From: Octopus sinensis
Lineage: Eukaryota
Assembly (NCBI RefSeq): GCF_006345805.1
Contig: NC_043000.1
Span: forward strand, 30,938,001 to 31,002,000
DNA length: 64,000 nt
Direction of reading: 5' to 3'
The notes below the pieces were generated by a model. That model had not been told where the DNA came from, did not search any database, and worked only from the letters and a program-made list of their open reading frames with translations. This document shows, in pieces, positions 1 to 11,304 of this stretch. The position numbers and the translations under genes are program-made. The number at the start of each line of letters is the position of its first letter. Within the stretch, counting starts at the first letter, position 1.

Positions 1-150
1 CCCTACAGTTATTTCTATCTAAAGCATCACCTTTACCTTTGTAGCAGTCGACTATGGTGCTGCTACACCAGTCATTGGGTGTGATTCCTTCATGAACAAC
101 CTGATTTAAGATGCAGGTGACAAGACCATAACCCACACTGCCCGATCAGC
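1..150 (-). mobile_element. RTE-clade LINE, RT-domain remnant (runs off the window start)
   Basis: Minus strand encodes ...EGITPNDWCSSTIVDCYKGKGDALDRNNCR, nearly the same as the RTE RT at 4884-5192. Confidence 0.75.
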
Positions 151-739
151 ATTAAAAATACTATAAAAAAATTTTTTTAAATTTATCTGAAAAGGGGTTA
201 ATCTCCTTCTCGCATTCCTCAATTCTAATTCCCACCCCTAAAGCTTATATTACTTATCTCTTTTGGTTTTTCATTGTATTCCCCTCTATTTAACAATCTA
301 AATAAGTGTTGGCCACCCCTATCCGTCTTTCTTCTAGTGACCACCCCTTCACCATCAGTCATTCACTTACCAGCAACTCTGCAACATACCCTTTTATGTT
401 GATAAAGCTAGACATATGGTTCCAGTACATTGAGAGTCTAGCAGATTGTCTGACTTGAATTGATTTATCACCATCACCTGGAATACAGTTGACAACTCCC
501 TGGGGATTTAATTCTAAATAGTTGAAAACTACATGCTACATAAGGTCTTCTTTTATCTTAACCCCCACTGCTTCCTCTGCTATTCTCTAAATTATAGTAG
601 GCTTATCAAGGTATGCATTATTTTCTAAACTCATTCTGCCACAGACGTAACAACAGGAAACAATGTAAATATTTTGGCTTCCATTATTGATGTAAATTTG
701 TTTATAAAAATGGTTTATCCTTTCTGCTTGATGCCTATG

Positions 740-1135
740 CGGATGCCACAGGGGGCTGGCATCAACCATGATCGGATGGTACTTTTTACGTGCCACTGGC
801 ACGGGATCCAATCAAGGCAGTACTGGAATCAGCCACATTCGGATGGTGCATTTTACGTATCACCAGCACAGAAGCCAATCGGGGGGAAAGGGGGCTGGCA
901 TGGACCACGTTTGGATGATTGTTTTTACGTACCACCAGCACGGGGACCACAACTACAATTTCCATTTAATTGTGATTTGATTTGATTATGATGTACTTGA
1001 CTCAATAGGTTTCCTCAATCATGGCATGTCACCCTACAATCCAAGGGTACTTTTTGAGTTGGCTGGTTATGCAACACTGGTGTAGGTTACAGCTGTGATC
1101 TCACTTTATTTACCAGGTCTTCTCAGTCACAGCAT
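740..1135 (-). mobile_element. RTE 3' UTR-derived repeat, internal part
   Basis: Reverse-complement ttttacgtgccactggcac modules and the aatggaaattgtagttgtg leader shared with other copies. Confidence 0.7.
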
Positions 1136-1149
1136 ATTTCCAGAGGTCT

Positions 1150-2360
1150 CTGGTTTCTTCACAGGTCCTTGTTTTGTCTCAACATCCTTCATAGCAGGTT
1201 GTGAATAGTTGAAACCATTGCAACATCCTTCTTGTCCTTCCAACGAAGAGTCATTACCTTACCTCTCTGAAATGCTGCAACATTCTCGGTTTTTTCCAAT
1301 TTTGCCCTTTTCAGCCATTCAGACACTTCCTTTCTATTCAAACAGTTTCATAAATACCAGTGTAGTGACTAACCAGAGTATCAACTAATTGCGGACTAGT
1401 GTAAAAGTTATCCACCATAACACAGTACCCTTTACCAAGTAAAGGGGCTTTGTCAGAGACAACACAACTCGACAACTCATGGGATATTCACTATATTCTG
1501 AATCAAACTCTGTTCCTTTGCCAGCATAAGTGTTTGCTTCACACACACACAAAAAACAAAATACTTCACTGCAAACTTTGCTTTTTAGGCGTATACTGAA
1601 CCCATCCTAACCTTCCCTTGAACGGCATACTGCTTTCGTCTATAGATTAATCTTGGTTAGAGGTATAACACTTCATAAAGTTCTCACTAAACATCATAAA
1701 CATATAAACTTTTTCAGTTGGGATGTATTTCAGCATCAAAGGTTTCATTGTTCACAAAATGAAGATACTGTTTTATCTTATTACTAGCACTATGACCCGG
1801 CGTTGTCGGGTCCAGTGCTAGTCAAGCATATTTGGTCTTTCATGAAACTCCCTCTCTCTTGTCATTCACTTGGTCTAACTTGTTAATTATTCCCTGCATT
1901 TCTCAAATCAAAAAAGCTTGCACATTTGGTGTGATACATAACAAAGGAAGGGAAACACAGAGTTTTAAAGAGTTATTTCCCTTGCTATGGTTTAATATCT
2001 TTAGATTAAACTGCTGAAGTGAGTTACGTCCCTTGTATTAAAGACTTTTGTTACTTGAAACATAAGGGGTCAGTTTATCGTTTTTTTTTTTTTTTTTTAT
2101 GGCTTTGCGGGTGTGACTGGGGAAATGTAAAGATGTGCACGACCACCCTTGGACGGTTTTGAATGACCATAGAAAGTGTGAGCCTTCTAACTGAAAAATT
2201 GTGGATTTGTATAAAGGACACACACACAGACAAACATTTTGCCGTTTATATATAGTGAGATGGCGTTTCAAACTAATCAACTTCGGAAAAATTGGTCTTT
2301 CAAATAATTCATCTTTTGATCAGTTCATTTCTTGATCTGACATTTTCACAACACCCCCAA
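1150..2360 (-). mobile_element. Decayed piggyBac (PGBD4-like, DDE_Tnp_1_7) transposase, split by a HINE-like insertion
   Basis: Frameshifted minus-strand translation: SKDELFERPIFPKLISLKRH / KIKQYLHFVNNETFDAEIHPN / IDESSMPFKGRLGWVQYTPKK / YAGKG...KPLLGKGYCVMVDNFYTSPQL / NRKEV...RGKVMTLRWKDKKDVAMVSTIHN. Confidence 0.85.
1783..2255 (+). mobile_element. Helentron/HINE-like non-autonomous element
   Basis: 5' hairpin actagcact...agtgctagt (1783-1822) and 3' cacacagacaaacattttgccgtttatatatag; shared with 35835-36180 and 58526-58735. Confidence 0.55.
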
Positions 2361-2436
2361 GCATCTAGTTTCTTAAATGTTTGTGGGTATATCACATTTT
2401 CTGTAGGTATTATATTGTTAATTCTAACAGCGGCAA

Positions 2437-3015
2437 TATTATTATTATTATTATTATTATTCAGTAGTTTTATTTTTATAGTGTGCTTTCACTTCACTAC
2501 CAAGTGCAGCTCTGTGTTCCTTGGATATGTGCTGTGGTTTGTTGTGATGCTCTTATTGTTACTGTATTGAAAGTGTTTTGCGTAGGATGTGTGCAATGCC
2601 AAGTGGTGCAATTTTCTGTATGTTATATATATTTGTAAGTCCTGGTGTTTTTGCTATGTATTTGTCTGAATATTTTTTTATCATTATGATTGGGAGTTGT
2701 TTTTGTTTTTAGACTTCGTATTTGGGTTACCTCTATTTCCAGGTCTTTATATTTTGAGAGTTTCTCCATTTCTTTTACAGAAACGTTGTCATCTGCTGGT
2801 CTTGATTCATCAATTAGAAAGCACTTTTTCTTCATGAACTCTGACAACTATATCTGGCTTATTGCTCTTACTTTCTCTATCTGTGTGCATTGGAATATCC
2901 CATGATTTGGTTGCTTTCTCATTTTGTGCTACCTTTTATGGCGTATGCCTATACCATGTTTTTTCTGTTGTTATTCCTTCTTAGCCAGGACTGGGCGGCC
3001 ACAGACAATATGGTT
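2437..3015 (-). mobile_element. R4/Dong-like (REL endonuclease) non-LTR retrotransposon 3' fragment with (TAA)n end
   Basis: Minus-strand translation HIVCGRPVLAKKE...KKCFLIDESRPADDNVSVKEMEKLSKYKDLEIE; ends in (tta)n at 2437-2460. Confidence 0.75.
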
Positions 3016-3100
3016 TATTGTTTCTTGTCCATCTCCACATATTTTTTGCATGTGCACTGATGAAAGGATTAACTGAACATTTTTCTGTCTTTTTCTGTAG

Positions 3101-3330
3101 ATCCATTAGCAACCCTTGCTACAGCTGCTGTAACGACTGCTGCAAGTGCTGCAGCAGCATCAGCCACCACAATAGTGAAGCAAGAGACAAGTTCTGCTGC
3201 TCCAATACCTGCAACCGGTCCACAGCCTCTACCTACATCCACAACACCAGTGGCAGTTGTAACACCAGTAGCAGCAACAGCTACTACCAATGGACTGCCA
3301 AATTCTGCCGATGCCACAGATTCAAAACAA
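3101..3330 (+). CDS. HCFC1: Host cell factor 1, internal exon (DPLATLATAA motif, Ala/Thr/Pro-rich linker)
   Basis: Acceptor ttttctgtag|ATCCATTA at 3100/3101; translation (D)PLATLATAAVTTAASAAAASATTIVKQETSSAAP...DATDSKQ; donor gttaga at 3331; phase 0 end fits the next exon. A DPLATLAxAA motif is typical of HCF-1 orthologues. Confidence 0.85.
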
Positions 3331-3596
3331 GTTAGAGAATTTCTTCATAAACTGTTGTTTTGTTTTGTTTTTTATTTTAAAGTCTGTTTATTTCCACTCA
3401 GCCACCAATGTTGGCATCAATCATTATTCATGATGGTTAGCCATTATAGACATCACTGTGACATAGAAAGTAGTAATAGGCTCCCCCTGGTGGGACTGCG
3501 TCTATCGACAGCCAGGAATGCTACCCCATCCCCCCTTATCTATTACACTAGAGCACCTGCTTGTCCATTAATTTCTTTCCGCTTTTAAAATTATTT

Positions 3597-5210
3597 TATC
3601 TATCATCATCATCATTTAGTGTCCATTGTCTATGCTGGCATGTGGTGGAGAGTTCAACCACAGTTGGCAACCACTCCGAGGAAATAATGGGTGCCGTTTG
3701 TGTGACAGCAATTTTACTTGGCTTGATGGGTCTTCTTCTCAAGCACAACATAATGCCCAAGGTCTCGCTCCTTGCCTCCGTGGAGTCCAACACTCAAAAA
3801 GAGCTCAGCCACTTGGCTTGACAGGTCCTCTCAAGCACATCATATCACCAAAGGTATCGGTCACTAATCATTGCCTCTGTGAGGCCCAAAGTTCGAAGAT
3901 CATGCTTCACCTTGTTCTGTGCCTTCCTGGGTCTACCTGTACTACAAGTTCCCTCCACAGTTGAAGATTTGCATGTTTACACAGCTGTCCTTGTCCACAA
4001 GCATCACATGATCACACAGTGCAGTCGTCTCTTTTGCACCCCTCATTTGATGCTTCTTATGTCCAACTTTTCTCTCAGGGCACTTAACAATCTGTTGTGT
4101 ATGCACACTGACATTACACATTCAGCAGATCATACTAGCTCCATTTCTTTCAAGCCTAAGCATGTCCTCAGCAGTCACAGCCCATGTTTCACTGCTGTGT
4201 AACACGGCTGTTCGCATACATGCATCATACAATCTACCTCTCACTCTGAGCAAGAGGCCCTTTGCTACCATCAGAGGTAGGAGCTCTCTGAACTTTGCCC
4301 AGTCTATTCTTATTCTAGCAGCCACACTTTCAGAGCATCTATCCCTGCGACTGACTTGGTCACCTAGGTAATGGAAGCTGTCAACTACTTCTTGTTTTTT
4401 CCCCTATCATGTGATGGAATCTTTCTTCTGCACATCTTTGGTGTTTATTGCCCCTGTGCATATGCCACACACAAAACACCCTAAACTTTGTCTTGAATTC
4501 TTCTGTTTTTGCCTGGAGGACTATGATGAACAAGAGGGGAGGGGGGCTGAGGACCCATCCTTGAGCCCCTACATGTACCCTGAATTCTTCACTTTAATTG
4601 TTGCCAATCCTCACCTTACTGACAGCTTCCTTGTGCAGCTCTCACCAACCACTCGTCTATCCTTAGTTTCCACATTGACCACCAGATATGGGATTGGGTG
4701 ACCCCTGTCAAAGGCTTTCTCCAAATCAACAAAAGCCAAGTACAGAGGTTTATCTTTGGCTCAGTATTTCTCCTGCAGCTTCCTTACCAGAAATATAGCA
4801 TCAGTGATGCTTCTCCCTGGCACAAAACCAAACTGCATCTCAACTAGACTCTCTCCCTAATTAGTTGGATCAGGTAACTTTCATCACCTGATCCAACAAC
4901 TTGATACCTCTGTAATTATTTCTAAGTTATCACCTTTACCTTTGTAGCAGTTGACTATGGTGCTGCTACACCAGTCATTGGGTATGACTCCTTCATGTAT
5001 CACCTGGTTAACTATACAGGTGACTAGACCATAACCTACACAGCCAGATATTTTAAGCATCTCAGCAGTGATTCCTGAAGGGCCAGGGGCTTTCTCTGTC
5101 TTCATATCCTTAATTGCTTTGTCTAATTGGGTAGCTGGTCCCTCAGTTGGGTCCACATTTGGCACACTCTCCTCCTTCCATTCATTCTCCACTTTCTGCA
5201 GTTTTTTCTA
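3597..5210 (-). mobile_element. RTE-clade LINE, 5'-truncated and internally deleted, with (GAT)n tail
   Basis: RT: KAPGPSGITAEMLKISG...IPNDWCSSTIVNCYKGKGD; C-terminal AARIRIDWAKFRELLPL...LHSSETWA; tail catcatcatcat near 3600-3615. Confidence 0.9.
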
Positions 5211-5376
5211 ATAGCATTTCTAAGCCTCTTTCTTGGCAGAATCATTAAATGCTAGTGCACCACCATCTATGCGGACTTGGTTTAATTAGTCTAATTACTG
5301 TAACATTTCAAATTGTTGCTTATACTATCTAACATCATCATCATCGTGTTAACATTTACTTTTCTATGCTTTGTAG

Positions 5377-5526
5377 GGTATAAAATCTGAGTCAGCTGTG
5401 AAGCCTGCTGGAGTGGTTGTAAAAAAAGAAGCTAACCAATGGTATGATGTTGGAATCATCAAAGGAACAACATGTCTTGTCTCTCATTGTCACCTACCAT
5501 CAGAATCTAACCAGGGCAATGGAGAT
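5377..5526 (+). CDS. HCFC1: Host cell factor 1 exon, start of C-terminal Fn3 (self-association) region
   Basis: ttgtag|GGT...GAT|gtaagt, 150 nt; GIKSESAVKPAGVVVKKEANQWYDVGIIKGTTCLVSHCHLPSESNQGNGD resembles the HCF-1 segment [25 protein letters not shown]. Confidence 0.93.
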
Positions 5527-5619
5527 GTAAGTATGCATCTTAATCTGATCATTGCAGGTTTATATATATATGCACGCACTTTACTTTGATACTTTAATAG
5601 ATTTTTGTCCAATATTGGC

Positions 5620-6120
5620 CCAGGCCATGTCTAACTTAATAGCGCCACCTGGCAAAGTCATTCAAATCAGGAATCGGACAACATGGCCCACTCGAGGAGA
5701 AGAGAGGGTTATTGTTTATGGAGACATATCTGGGTGTAGGAGATTTAGCCAGGATTCTTTGAAGGAATTTGTCCAAAGACTTCTTGAACTTTATGGGGTC
5801 TGTTTCTGTTTTAATGTGTTTTGGTGTAATGTTAAAGAGAGCGGGGCCAATTGTGGTGAAATAATTGTGCCATATTGTTATGTGATACGAGTATGATTTA
5901 TGTTGTGGGTGGATAGCATAGGGCTCAAGTCTTGGGTGTATCTTAAAAGTGATGCCAACATCATTTGGGCAATTATGATGGAATATTTCCCACATCATGC
6001 AGATGATTTAGTGCTCACAGTGGCGTTGGAGAGAATAAAGCTTGAACTTTTTTAGTCGACCCCAATCGTCAAGGCCTATCATGCCATCTATCTTTTTTGT
6101 GACCTTCGAGGTACTTCAGT
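5620..6120 (-). mobile_element. CR1-group LINE ORF2 C-terminal remnant
   Basis: HNYFTTIGPALFNITPKHIK...FKKSLDKFLQRI, typical of the CR1/L2-group ORF2 tail. Confidence 0.65.
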
Positions 6121-6569
6121 TTTCATGATACTTTGTTTTGTGTGGGGAGACCACAGTGAACAACAGTATTCAAGGTGGGGTCAGTCAGAAGTGGAGAAGA
6201 TGATGGTGTGGATATCTCTCGACTTGAAAGTTCTGAGAATCCAGGAACACATGGGTTGGACGGTTTGGCTGAGGACTGGTAAACCACAGGCTGCATCAGG
6301 CTCCAATCTGATCTGGCAAAGTTTCTATAGCTGGATGCCCTTCCTAATGCGAACCACTCCGAGAGTGTAGTGGGTGCTTTTTGGATTTAGTGATAAAGGC
6401 TGGGAGGTGGTCAATGATAAATATGGGTGGGGTGGGGGCTTCTTTATATAAATTTAATCTTGTATTGATACAAATAGCACTGATTTTTGTCTTTAATGAT
6501 GATTTTTTTTTATAGGAAATATCTCAGAAATTAGAAATATTAAATTTCTAAATATCTCAGAGAGACATG

Positions 6570-6754
6570 AGCGGTGGCGGGGTGATATAGTGGTTGTATA
6601 CTGTCAACATAACGTGACAGTCCCGTAAAGGGAATTACACCACTGCTATTTAGCCCTAGGAAGCATCAACGCTTCCTGTCGGCCTTCACACATTTCCTGT
6701 GTCCTTATATTTGCAAAGGGGAGGCAAGCACCCCCAACAGCTAGGCCTGCATCT
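6570..6754. other. 185-bp CpG-rich, multi-hairpin insertion between 9-bp direct repeats (AGAGACATG)
   Basis: AGAGACATG at 6561-6569 and 6755-6763; hairpins ctgtca/tgacag, tccc/ggga, ggaagc/gcttcc. Confidence 0.45.
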
Positions 6755-6855
6755 AGAGACATGCATGTTTCTGGGTCAAGACAATATATTGTAAGCATTG
6801 TATAAAATTGGTTATTAATATCACTTGATATGAATTACTTGTGATTTCTTTATAG

Positions 6856-7044
6856 GATATCGATGTTGTTAGTATACCTGACCACAGTGTATTAAAGCGA
6901 CAAGAGCTGTTGCCTGGTACTGCTTATAAATTCCGTGTTGCTGGAATAAATGCTTGTGGACGAGGTCCTTTCAGTGAAGTATCTGCTTTCAAAACTTGTC
7001 TACCTGGATTCCCTGGAGCACCATCGGCTATTAAAATAAGTAAG
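6856..7044 (+). CDS. HCFC1: Host cell factor 1 exon, Fn3 repeat
   Basis: tatag|GAT...AAG|gtatgt, 189 nt; [63 protein letters not shown], closely matching the conserved HCF-1 sequence. Confidence 0.97.
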
Positions 7045-7191
7045 GTATGTGCAAACTGCTCTCTATTCAAACGCCCCTCATTCTGAGGACATAATACAAC
7101 ATATTTTTAAACCTTTAATGATGTATATTAAGGTCTGATCAATCAGGTCAAGTGAAATATTATTTTGGTGTTTTCAAATTCTTTATTTCAG

Positions 7192-7495
7192 AGTTCCGAA
7201 GGTGCCCATCTGTCCTGGGAACCACCACAGAACACAGCTGGCAAAATTACTGAATATTCTGTGTATCTTGCTGTGAGAAATGCGGCAGCTACCCAAGTTG
7301 ACCAGAAACCTGGATCACCAGCTCAGCTGGCCTTTGTTCGAGTCTATTGTGGTCCAAGTCCCTCATGTGTTGTTACCACAGCCAGCCTGGCTTCTGCTCA
7401 TATTGACTACACTACCAAACCTGCCATTATATTCCGAATTGCTGCCAGAAATGAGAAAGGTTATGGTCCAGCTACCCAGGTCAGGTGGCTACAAG
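7192..7495 (+). CDS. HCFC1: Host cell factor 1 exon, last Fn3 repeat
   Basis: ttatttcag|AGT...CAA G|gtcagt; [28 protein letters not shown]...[33 protein letters not shown]. Confidence 0.97.
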
Positions 7496-7769
7496 GTCAG
7501 TACGGAAATGAGTTCAGTTGTGTTTCTATTGATTTGTGAGGTGGGAGGCAGGGCTTGCATTTGGAAAAGACAATTGAATTGTCTTCTGCTATAGCATAGG
7601 GCCAACCAAGGCTTTGTGAATGCATATGATAGGCAAAAATTGAGAAGAAAAAAAATTGTGTTTGTGTATACACACACACACACATACACAGGGGCAAACA
7701 AGCCAAATTTCAAAGCCACTGTCAGTTTTTCTTTGTAAAAGTAAATATGTATTCTTCTAAAGAGTATTC

Positions 7770-8195
7770 AGTTTGTACCAGTGGCACATAAAAGAGCACC
7801 ATTCGAGTGTGATCGTTATCAGCTTCGCCTTACTGGCACTTGTGCCCCATGCTCGTAGGGTGCTAAGAGCACCATCCGAGCATGATTGTTGCCAGAGCGG
7901 CTAACTGGCTTCCATGCCAGTGTCATGTAAGAGGCACTATTCGAGCGGGATCGTTACCAGCATCACCTTACTGGCACCTGTGCCGTTGGCATGTGTAAAA
8001 AGATTTGAGCGAGGTCGTTGCCAGTACTGCCTGACTGGCCCCCGTGCCGGTGGTACGTAAAAGCATCCACTGCACTCATGGGGTGGTTGGCATAAGGAAG
8101 GGCATCCAGCTGTAGAAACTCTGCCAGATCAAGACTGGAGCCTGGTGCAGCCATCTGGTTTGCTAGCATGGAAAGCGAGTGTTAAACGATGATGA
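7770..8195 (+). mobile_element. RTE 3' UTR-derived short repeat (about 5 hairpin modules, (GAT)n tail)
   Basis: GTGCCNNTGGCAC modules, then ggttggcataaggaagggcatccagctgtagaaac...ttaaacgatgatg. Confidence 0.85.
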
Positions 8196-8513
8196 TTGAC
8201 ATAAAAACAGTTATTATAAAAGTAGCTTCATTCTCTGTCTATTTCTCTGGTGTCTCTAATACATAGTTTACAGACCTCAGTTGTCTAATGCTTATTTTAA
8301 AAGATGGTTGTGAAAGAGAGATAGTGATTGAATAGTTCTAAAATAATTCTAAGTTTTTGTCGACTTGTTTTGTGAACTGTGAAAGGGGACTGAGCATTCT
8401 TTGATCTTCAGTAGCTTCTCAAGTTTTGAAGGGGTTTTTTTCCTATGAAATTCTTAGCACTTTAGTCAGATGAGAAAATTAGATTACAAAATATTTTCTC
8501 ATTTAATATTATA

Positions 8514-8744
8514 TATTTCTTTATTGCCCACAAGGGGCTAAACATAGAGGGGACAAACAAGGACAGGCAAACAGATTGTCGATTATATCAACCCCAGTGT
8601 GTAACTGGTACTTATTTAATCGACCCCGAAAGGATGAAAGGCAAAGTCGACCTCGGCAGAATTTGAACTCAGAACATAACAGCAGACGAAATACCGCTAA
8701 GCATTTCGCCCGGCGCACGAACGTTTCTGCCAGCTCGCTGCCTC
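8514..8744 (-). mobile_element. tRNA-derived SINE (family B) with 16-bp TSD
   Basis: Minus strand: A-box tggcagaaacg, B-box gagttcaaattc, core gcctttcatcctttcggggtcgattaaataagtaccag; TSD ctcatttaatattata on both sides. Confidence 0.9.
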
Positions 8745-8881
8745 ATTTAATATTATAGTAACACTTTTACTTCATTCAATATTGTTTACTTACATTTTCT
8801 TTTATTTCTTTGTTCTATTGTGATAATTGGCGAAAAGAGACTAATGCTGGTTGTTTTTTTGTTTTTGTAATTTTTCTGCAG

Positions 8882-8969
8882 ATGCTGGTCAAAGTCCTGG
8901 TGCTGCTGCTGCTGCTGCCGCTGCTGCCAACAAAGTGACAATAAAACGACCTCTAGCAGCTGGAGACAT
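8882..8969 (+). CDS. HCFC1: Host cell factor 1 exon, poly-Ala tract and first half of bipartite NLS
   Basis: tttttctgcag|AT GCT...GAC AT|gtaatt; (D)AGQSPGAAAAAAAAANKVTIKRPLAAGD; phase 1 start and phase 2 end fit both neighbours. Confidence 0.88.
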
Positions 8970-9244
8970 GTAATTATTTTTACTATTTCACTCTTATTTT
9001 CTTCTCTTCTAAACTAAGTCAGGATTGTGAAATTACTAATGTCTAATGATAGCAACACGATGCTTTGCAGACAGACACGGCCTTCATTTGTCTCTCACAT
9101 CAAGTGTCATACATTAAATGTACTCTATTTGGGGTACCACATTCTGTGGACTCCAGTTAATGTTTCACATCTCCTGTAACTTATCCAGTGTACATTTGTA
9201 GTACCTCGCCAAGTGTATGATATAAAATGTACCACACTTAGTGT

Positions 9245-9460
9245 ACCTATTTCTTTACTACCCACAAGGGACTAAACACAGGAGAAACAGATTGTCGATT
9301 ATATCGACCCCAGTGCATAACTGGTACTTATTTAATCAACCCCGAAAGGATGAAAGGCAAAGTCAACTTCAACAGAAATTGAACTCAGAACGTAACAGCA
9401 GATGAAATACGGCTACGCATTTCGCCCGACGTGCTTACATTTCTGCCAGCTTGCCGCCTT
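9245..9460 (-). mobile_element. tRNA-derived SINE (family B) with TSD
   Basis: Same family as 8514-8744; acacttagtgtacct is duplicated on both flanks. Confidence 0.88.
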
Positions 9461-10102
9461 AAGGTACACTTAGTGTACCTTACTTAGTATACCACACCCG
9501 GTGCACTGCAACTATTGTACCACATCTAGTCTTACTCTTGGTACACCTCAGCTAGTTTAACACATCTGATATACCATATCTCATGTCCTGAGAAGGTGCA
9601 GAAATGTGATCAGTGAAGAAATATTTAGATTTTTACATCACAAATATGCATTGAGACATCATGTATGTGCGTGTGTATAAACATATCAAAAGGATATGTT
9701 ACAACACTATTCCACATATACAAAAACAACCATACCAATAAGCCAACCTATTTCCATCATCAGCTGCCCCACGGATATCATTATGGTTTCGACACCCGGG
9801 CAGTACCATTCAATCCAGTGGTGTCAACAGCACTAAAAGAAGTGCTGTTTGGGAACAAACATACCAGCAAACAAAATACACAACTCTCAAACACATTTAC
9901 CCGTATGTACAATATTCAATCAAATATAGACAGGATTAAACACAAACTTTAAAATTAAACAACAAGAAAAAAATAAATCTATGTACATCTGTATCAATAT
10001 TAATAGTAAACCTACAACAACTAAATTATATACTAAATAGCGACCAATCTTTAAGTTCATGCAAATAATAATCCCACCAGTCTTCCATAGTTTCTACTTT
10101 AA

Positions 10103-11154
10103 CCCTTTCGTTACCAAACCGCCCAAAGCTGCCCGAAAAAAATTTTGGTTAATGTGACCAAACCGCCCGAATTTACCTATTCCTATTTAAATGAGAATAT
10201 CAGAGCAAATCTCTTTAGTACATTCGTGAAAATATGTGATTATACTTCGTAAACAGTTCATCTACAGTTTTGTACAACGATCGATGTGTAATTTTAATTC
10301 CCTGAATTTTGGGAGATTTTTTTCGGCATCGATTTTTCTTCAACTTTGAAAATGGATAGGAGTTTCATGTTATCAAGCATTGATTCTGAATTGGAAAATT
10401 TGTGAAACAAATACTGGGTACTGTTGTGGATTTAGTTTTTATACAGGGAAACTAAAGTTAGTCAGCATGGCTTAGGGTATGATGTGGTCTGGAAGTTATT
10501 GTTTGAAGCGATCAATGCGAAAACAAAATGTAAACAAACACAAAATGGGGGTTCAAATTTCGGAAAATTTGTGAAGCAAATACTGGGTACTGCATGGATT
10601 TAGTTTTTATACAGGGAAGATAATGTTAGTCAGCATGGCCTAGGGAACGATGTGGTCTGGAATTTATCACTTCCATGCCATAACCAGGGCCATATATTAT
10701 TTTTTGACCGATTTCCTTAGTTCGGTCAAACTTACGGTGGATTCCAGTATTTCACTTTATTCCACCTTTATGGTACACCTGTTGTGCATTAAATTCAACT
10801 GATGATATAGTGATGTGCACAATTCTTCTTTATCAAAATTTTGTTGCATACCCATTTGAATATTAGCTGATGATTCATTTTCTATGGTGATGTTTAAACA
10901 AAATTTTAATATTTTTACCTTTTGCTCAATTTACCTGGATTTACCTGTAATTAAAGTCACTTTGAGACAAAAGTTATGCAATAGAATTGATTAAGAACCC
11001 TTTCTTTAATTATGTTCCAAATATCACATTAAAATGTTGATAAGTAAAAAAGTTACAGTTATTTAATGAAACAAGCCTAAATTCATGATTATTTTAGAAT
11101 TTAATTGAAACTCATGAGGGGTGTATTTTGGTCAGAAATATAGTAACGAAAGGG
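10103..11154. mobile_element. piggyBac-type non-autonomous DNA element (MITE), 1052 bp
   Basis: TTAA TSD (10099-10102, 11155-11158); TIR CCCTTTCGTTAC...GTAACGAAAGGG; internal ~100-bp direct repeat (about 10391-10495 and 10561-10662). Confidence 0.85.
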
Positions 11155-11304
11155 TTAATAACAGAAATTGAGAGCTTTATTTCAATTCTCTCCAAAACAA
11201 AAACACGATTGAATTTAATGAATAATATAATAATTATGGGTGAAACTCATTATTTCATAATTCAAAAGTTAATAATAGAAACACTACATACTCTTAATAT
11301 GACA

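Noticed and set aside
635-720. Additional HCFC1 exon near the window start (ctgccacag|ACGTAACAACAGG...)
   Set aside because: No donor in the phase needed to join exon 3101, and no recognisable HCF-1 sequence.
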